Assembly (NCBI GenBank): GCA_038059145.1
Contig: JBBTKA010000106.1
Span: forward strand, 23,097-54,646
Source of the DNA: Pseudomonadota bacterium
Lineage (GTDB): Bacteria > Pseudomonadota > Gammaproteobacteria > Pseudomonadales > Pseudohongiellaceae
DNA length: 31,550 nt
Reading direction: 5' to 3'
Positions 28,558-31,550 of the stretch are shown here, one piece after another. The translations under genes were made by a program, and so were the position numbers. The notes below the pieces were generated by a model. The model saw nothing but the letters and a program-made list of their open reading frames with translations, did no database searches and was not told the DNA's origin. Numbering within the stretch: the stretch's first letter is position 1; every line of letters begins with the position of its first letter.

Positions 28558-28599
28558 TCGCCCTGTTCTACTCTCCCTCTTCTATTCGCCCTGTTCTAC
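28554..28599. repeat. 18-bp direct repeat duplicating the 3' end of the VC0807-family gene
   Basis: CTAGTCGCCCTGTTCTAC (28554-28571) and CTATTCGCCCTGTTCTAC (28582-28599), 17/18 identical. Confidence 0.85.
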
Positions 28600-29349
28600 C
28601 AGGAAAGTCTCCAGGCTTTCGCCCGTCAGTTTTTTCACCTGCGAGAACACAAACCAGATGGCCAGCATCAGGATCACCATGCTCGGCAGGGCAATCACCG
28701 GATAGCTGAGCGCGGTCATCTTGCCCAGTTCGGCGCTGAACTCCGTGGTGCCTGGCGGGCTGACCAGAATGACCTTGGCCAGCACGAAGTTCAGCACTGA
28801 CGAGACGAAGAACGACCCCGCCACAATCAACGATGCCTGTGCCAGGCGGCGTTCGAACAGATCAGTCTTGCCCTTGTCCGCCAGCGCCGCATACAGCGCT
28901 TCGACACGCACCAGTTGCGCGTTCAGGATCAAGGTCTTCACCAGCGGGAAGCGCGTGCGCTGCGTCAGCAGCACGGCGATGCCGATGCAGGCCGGAATGG
29001 TCGCCTCTTTGATGGCGATATATTTGGGGTCCAGCTCCAGCAGACTGATGCCGCCGGTCAGGAACACACTCACGACACCAAGAATGGAGAACGGATTGAT
29101 CTTGCCGGACTGGCGCAGATCCCACAGTCCATAGCCGATGGGGAAGGCCAGCGCGAAGACGATGCTCAACGACGGGCCGAGGCTGTCGGCGCCGCTCAGT
29201 CTGCTGAGGATGAATACGGGGATGATAATGTTGAAGGCGAGGTTGGCCAGAAAGCTGCCGCCACTGGGAGTGCCTTCCTTGCTCTTGACCTGCTTCACAT
29301 CGCCCGGTTCTGTGACTGGGGCTGGATTGTTGGGAGTGCCTTCGCTCAT
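28582..29349 (-). CDS. VC0807-family membrane protein
   Basis: LANLAFNIIIPVFIL, ALAFPIGYG, LTGGISL, IKEATIP, LGKMTALSYPVIALP; multiple TM segments. Confidence 0.8.
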   Translation of the reverse strand: MSEGTPNNPAPVTEPGDVKQVKSKEGTPSGGSFLANLAFNIIIPVFILSRLSGADSLGPSLSIVFALAFPIGYGLWDLRQSGKINPFSILGVVSVFLTGGISLLELDPKYIAIKEATIPACIGIAVLLTQRTRFPLVKTLILNAQLVRVEALYAALADKGKTDLFERRLAQASLIVAGSFFVSSVLNFVLAKVILVSPPGTTEFSAELGKMTALSYPVIALPSMVILMLAIWFVFSQVKKLTGESLETFLVEQGE

Positions 29350-29395
29350 GATCTTCAGTCGGTTATTTTTCGTCCGGGCAGTATACGAAATTTAT

Positions 29396-30253
29396 CTAGC
29401 CGGTTACCACAGGCAACGTCGCATCCGCTCCCCACTCCGCCCAGGAACCGTCGTAAACGGCGATGTCCCGATATCCTGCCAGATGTGCCGCGAGGGCGAT
29501 GACGCAGGAGGTGACGCCTGACCCGCAGCTGGCAATGATGCGATCGGACGCCGGGGCGTGTGCGGAGAGTGCCTGCTGCAGCTCGTGCACCGGGCGCATG
29601 CGGCCTTTGTGAAGCAATTGATCGAACGGCAGATTACGAGCGCCGGGCATGTGTCCGCCGCGCAGACCGGGTCGCGGTTCAGGTGCTCTGGCGTGAAAGC
29701 GATCGGCCGAACGGGCATCGAGAATGCTGATGTCGTTCGCAGTTGTGGCCAGCAGCACCTCGCGCCAGTCACCGATCAGGGTGGGGCGATAGCTGGCGGT
29801 GAAGGTGCCGCTGTGTCCGACTGCCTCCGGTGCCGAGTCGTGCAATAGCAATCCCGCCTCCCGCCACGCCGGCAATCCGCCATCGAGCACGGCGCTGCGC
29901 CGCAGCCCCATGGCCTGCAGCATCCACCACGCACGCGGGCTGGAGAAAATGCCGACGCTGTCATAGACGACAACCGCGCTGTCATTGTTCACACCCAGCC
30001 GTCGCAGCTCGGTGGTAAACAGTTCCGCGTCCGGCATCATGTGCGGCAGGCTGGATTCGCGGTCGCAGATGCGAGTGTCGAAGTCGAAGAAGCGCGCACC
30101 GGGGATGCGCTGCGTCAGCCATTCCTGCTCGGCATCGCGGGCACTGCCGGGCATGTGCCAGCTGGCGTCGAGCACGACCAGAGAGGGATTCTGCATGGCG
30201 GTGGCCAGCCATTCCACAGTGACCAGCGCGCCGGGAAGTTCTAGATCGGACAT
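29396..30253 (-). CDS. sseA: 3-mercaptopyruvate sulfurtransferase (tandem rhodanese)
   Basis: LDASWHMP, RIPGARFFD, LPHMMP, LDGGLPAW, GHMPGA, active-site CGSGVTS, YDGSWAEW. Confidence 0.93.
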   Translation of the reverse strand: MSDLELPGALVTVEWLATAMQNPSLVVLDASWHMPGSARDAEQEWLTQRIPGARFFDFDTRICDRESSLPHMMPDAELFTTELRRLGVNNDSAVVVYDSVGIFSSPRAWWMLQAMGLRRSAVLDGGLPAWREAGLLLHDSAPEAVGHSGTFTASYRPTLIGDWREVLLATTANDISILDARSADRFHARAPEPRPGLRGGHMPGARNLPFDQLLHKGRMRPVHELQQALSAHAPASDRIIASCGSGVTSCVIALAAHLAGYRDIAVYDGSWAEWGADATLPVVTG

Positions 30254-30267
30254 GTTTGTTCTCCGTT

Positions 30268-31086
30268 TTACTGCAGTAGTCGTACTTCGCGCTGCGGGAA
30301 GGGCATCGCGATGCCGGCTTTCTGCAACGAGTCGTAAATGGTCATGTTGGCGACGTAGTGTGTCTCGTAGCGGACGATGGTCTTTGCCCAGAAGCGAATG
30401 CCGAGATCGATGCTGCTGTCGGCGAAGCGCTCGATTCCCACCTGTGGCTCGCGATGCGCGCTGATGCCTTCGACATGGTGCAGCGCATCGAGAATCACCT
30501 TGATTGCCACGCGTGGATCACTGCCATAGGCAATCCCCACGGTGAGCTCGACGATGCTGTCCGCTTGCGAGTTGTGAATGATCTCGCCCACGATATGCTT
30601 GTTAGGAACGGTTATGCTGACTTCGTCCTCGTCGCTGAGAATGGTGTAGGCCAGATGCACCTCTTTGACGACGCCGCTGACTCCCTGCACAGAGATGGTG
30701 TCGCCGACGACGAAGGGGCGGGTGAGAATGATGTTGAGCCCTGCGCCGTAGTTGGACAGCAGGCCTTGCACGGCCAGCCCCGCGCCCAGAGACGCGGCGC
30801 CGATGGCTGCCACGAAGGGGGTGATGCTGATGCCCAGCTTGCCCATCGCGATGATGCCCGTCATCACGATGACGATCAGCCGCACCGTGCTGGCGATGAA
30901 GTTGCTCAGCGTGACATCGATATTTCGCTTCAGGCACAGATGCAGCACCATGTTGCCGATCTTGCGCCCCACCAGGATGCCGATGAGGAAGATGATGATG
31001 GCGCCGATGATCTGGAAACTGTAATTCACCAGAAACGTGGTGACCTGATTGTAGATCGCCGTGAACTGTTCCAATTCTTGTTCCAT
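30268..31086 (-). CDS. mscS: Small-conductance mechanosensitive channel
   Basis: AIGAASLGAGLAVQGLLSNYGAG, RPFVVGD, VPNKHI, GIAYGSD, PFPQREV; true start ATG 31086 with AGGAGA RBS (ORF track extends to 31371). Confidence 0.93.
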   Translation of the reverse strand: MEQELEQFTAIYNQVTTFLVNYSFQIIGAIIIFLIGILVGRKIGNMVLHLCLKRNIDVTLSNFIASTVRLIVIVMTGIIAMGKLGISITPFVAAIGAASLGAGLAVQGLLSNYGAGLNIILTRPFVVGDTISVQGVSGVVKEVHLAYTILSDEDEVSITVPNKHIVGEIIHNSQADSIVELTVGIAYGSDPRVAIKVILDALHHVEGISAHREPQVGIERFADSSIDLGIRFWAKTIVRYETHYVANMTIYDSLQKAGIAMPFPQREVRLLQ

Positions 31087-31096
31087 GTCCTGTCTC

Positions 31097-31189
31097 CTGT
31101 GGGAGCGAGCCTTGCTCGCGACTGCCTTGCACACCTTCGCCTGCCAAGCTACTTCAGGAAAGCTTCGCGGGCAAGGCCCGCTCCCACAG
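31097..31189. repeat. REP doublet (REPIN) of GTGG-type REPs
   Basis: CTGTGGGAGCGAGCCTTGCTCGCGA (31097-31121) and inverted TCGCGGGCAAGGCCCGCTCCCACAG (31165-31189), 23/25 identical with compensatory stem changes. Confidence 0.88.
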
Positions 31190-31309
31190 AGTTTGGGGCG
31201 AGCGTTGGCTCTATCGACTCGCCCGGAGGGCTGGGGTATTCTTCGGACGTCATTGCAGTACGCACCAACAGTAGACAACAGCAGCGCAGCCACTCTCCCG
31301 GAATGATTC

Positions 31310-31550
31310 ATGACGTCACCGCTCAGCACAGATGACAGCTTCGTCCGCTCCGCCGGAAAGCAGCTTGCCATCTATGCGCTGGTAGCGGTGGTGGTGCTTG
31401 TGGTTCTGATGTACACCCTGAATTTTGCCGCTTCGCTCACCAGCACTGGCGCCGGTGGTGTTGCTGGCGCGATCGACGTCGAGAACAACGAGATCACGAT
31501 TTACCTGCGGGAAGAGCCCCCGCAGATGAACAGCATGCTGGCTACCGACG
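31310..31550 (+). CDS. Partial ORF, probable peptide ABC transporter substrate-binding protein (OppA-like), runs off window
   Basis: Manual translation MTSPLSTDDSFVRSAGKQLAIYALVAVVVLVVLMYTLNF...ITIYLREEPPQMNSMLATD: TM anchor then EPP.L...ATD-like family 5 SBP start; open to window end. Confidence 0.6.
   Translation, partial: MTSPLSTDDSFVRSAGKQLAIYALVAVVVLVVLMYTLNFAASLTSTGAGGVAGAIDVENNEITIYLREEPPQMNSMLATD

Noticed and set aside
31087-31371. 95-aa N-terminal extension of MscS in the ORF track
   Set aside because: Crosses the REPIN and overlaps the divergent OppA-like gene; a good RBS supports ATG 31086.

Overview
GC-rich gammaproteobacterial chromosomal window (lineage not determinable here; the xseB-ispA-dxs block next to cobalamin-uptake genes recalls Pseudomonadales-type gene order). 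Left to right: a back-to-back pair of TwoAYGGAY-like (CsrA-site) structured repeats; an nspS/mbaA-like polyamine-sensing c-di-GMP pair; a cobalamin riboswitch-controlled btuB-cobO-btuF operon; a ~0.94 kb element encoding a RAYT-type HUH (Y1) transposase, bounded by terminal inverted repeats and apparently inserted in the last codons of dxs; dxs-ispA-xseB; a hypothetical membrane protein and MAPEG; a translation-related cluster (tapT, dbpA, ybiT-like ABC-F, RRM protein, PPHD-like 2OG oxygenase); uncharacterised exported proteins including a lipoprotein/DUF6152 pair convergent on a cytochrome c-HupE/UreJ-membrane-anchored protein operon; a diguanylate cyclase; a probably Fur-controlled Fe(III) ABC transporter; VC0807-family protein, sseA, mscS with a REP doublet in its leader; and the start of an OppA-like protein. 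No rRNA, tRNA or CRISPR array seen. The most unusual item is the RAYT-encoding element, which has the ends of a classical IS (TIRs, probable target duplication, IHF sites) but a HUH enzyme. All family assignments are by motif recognition without database searches.
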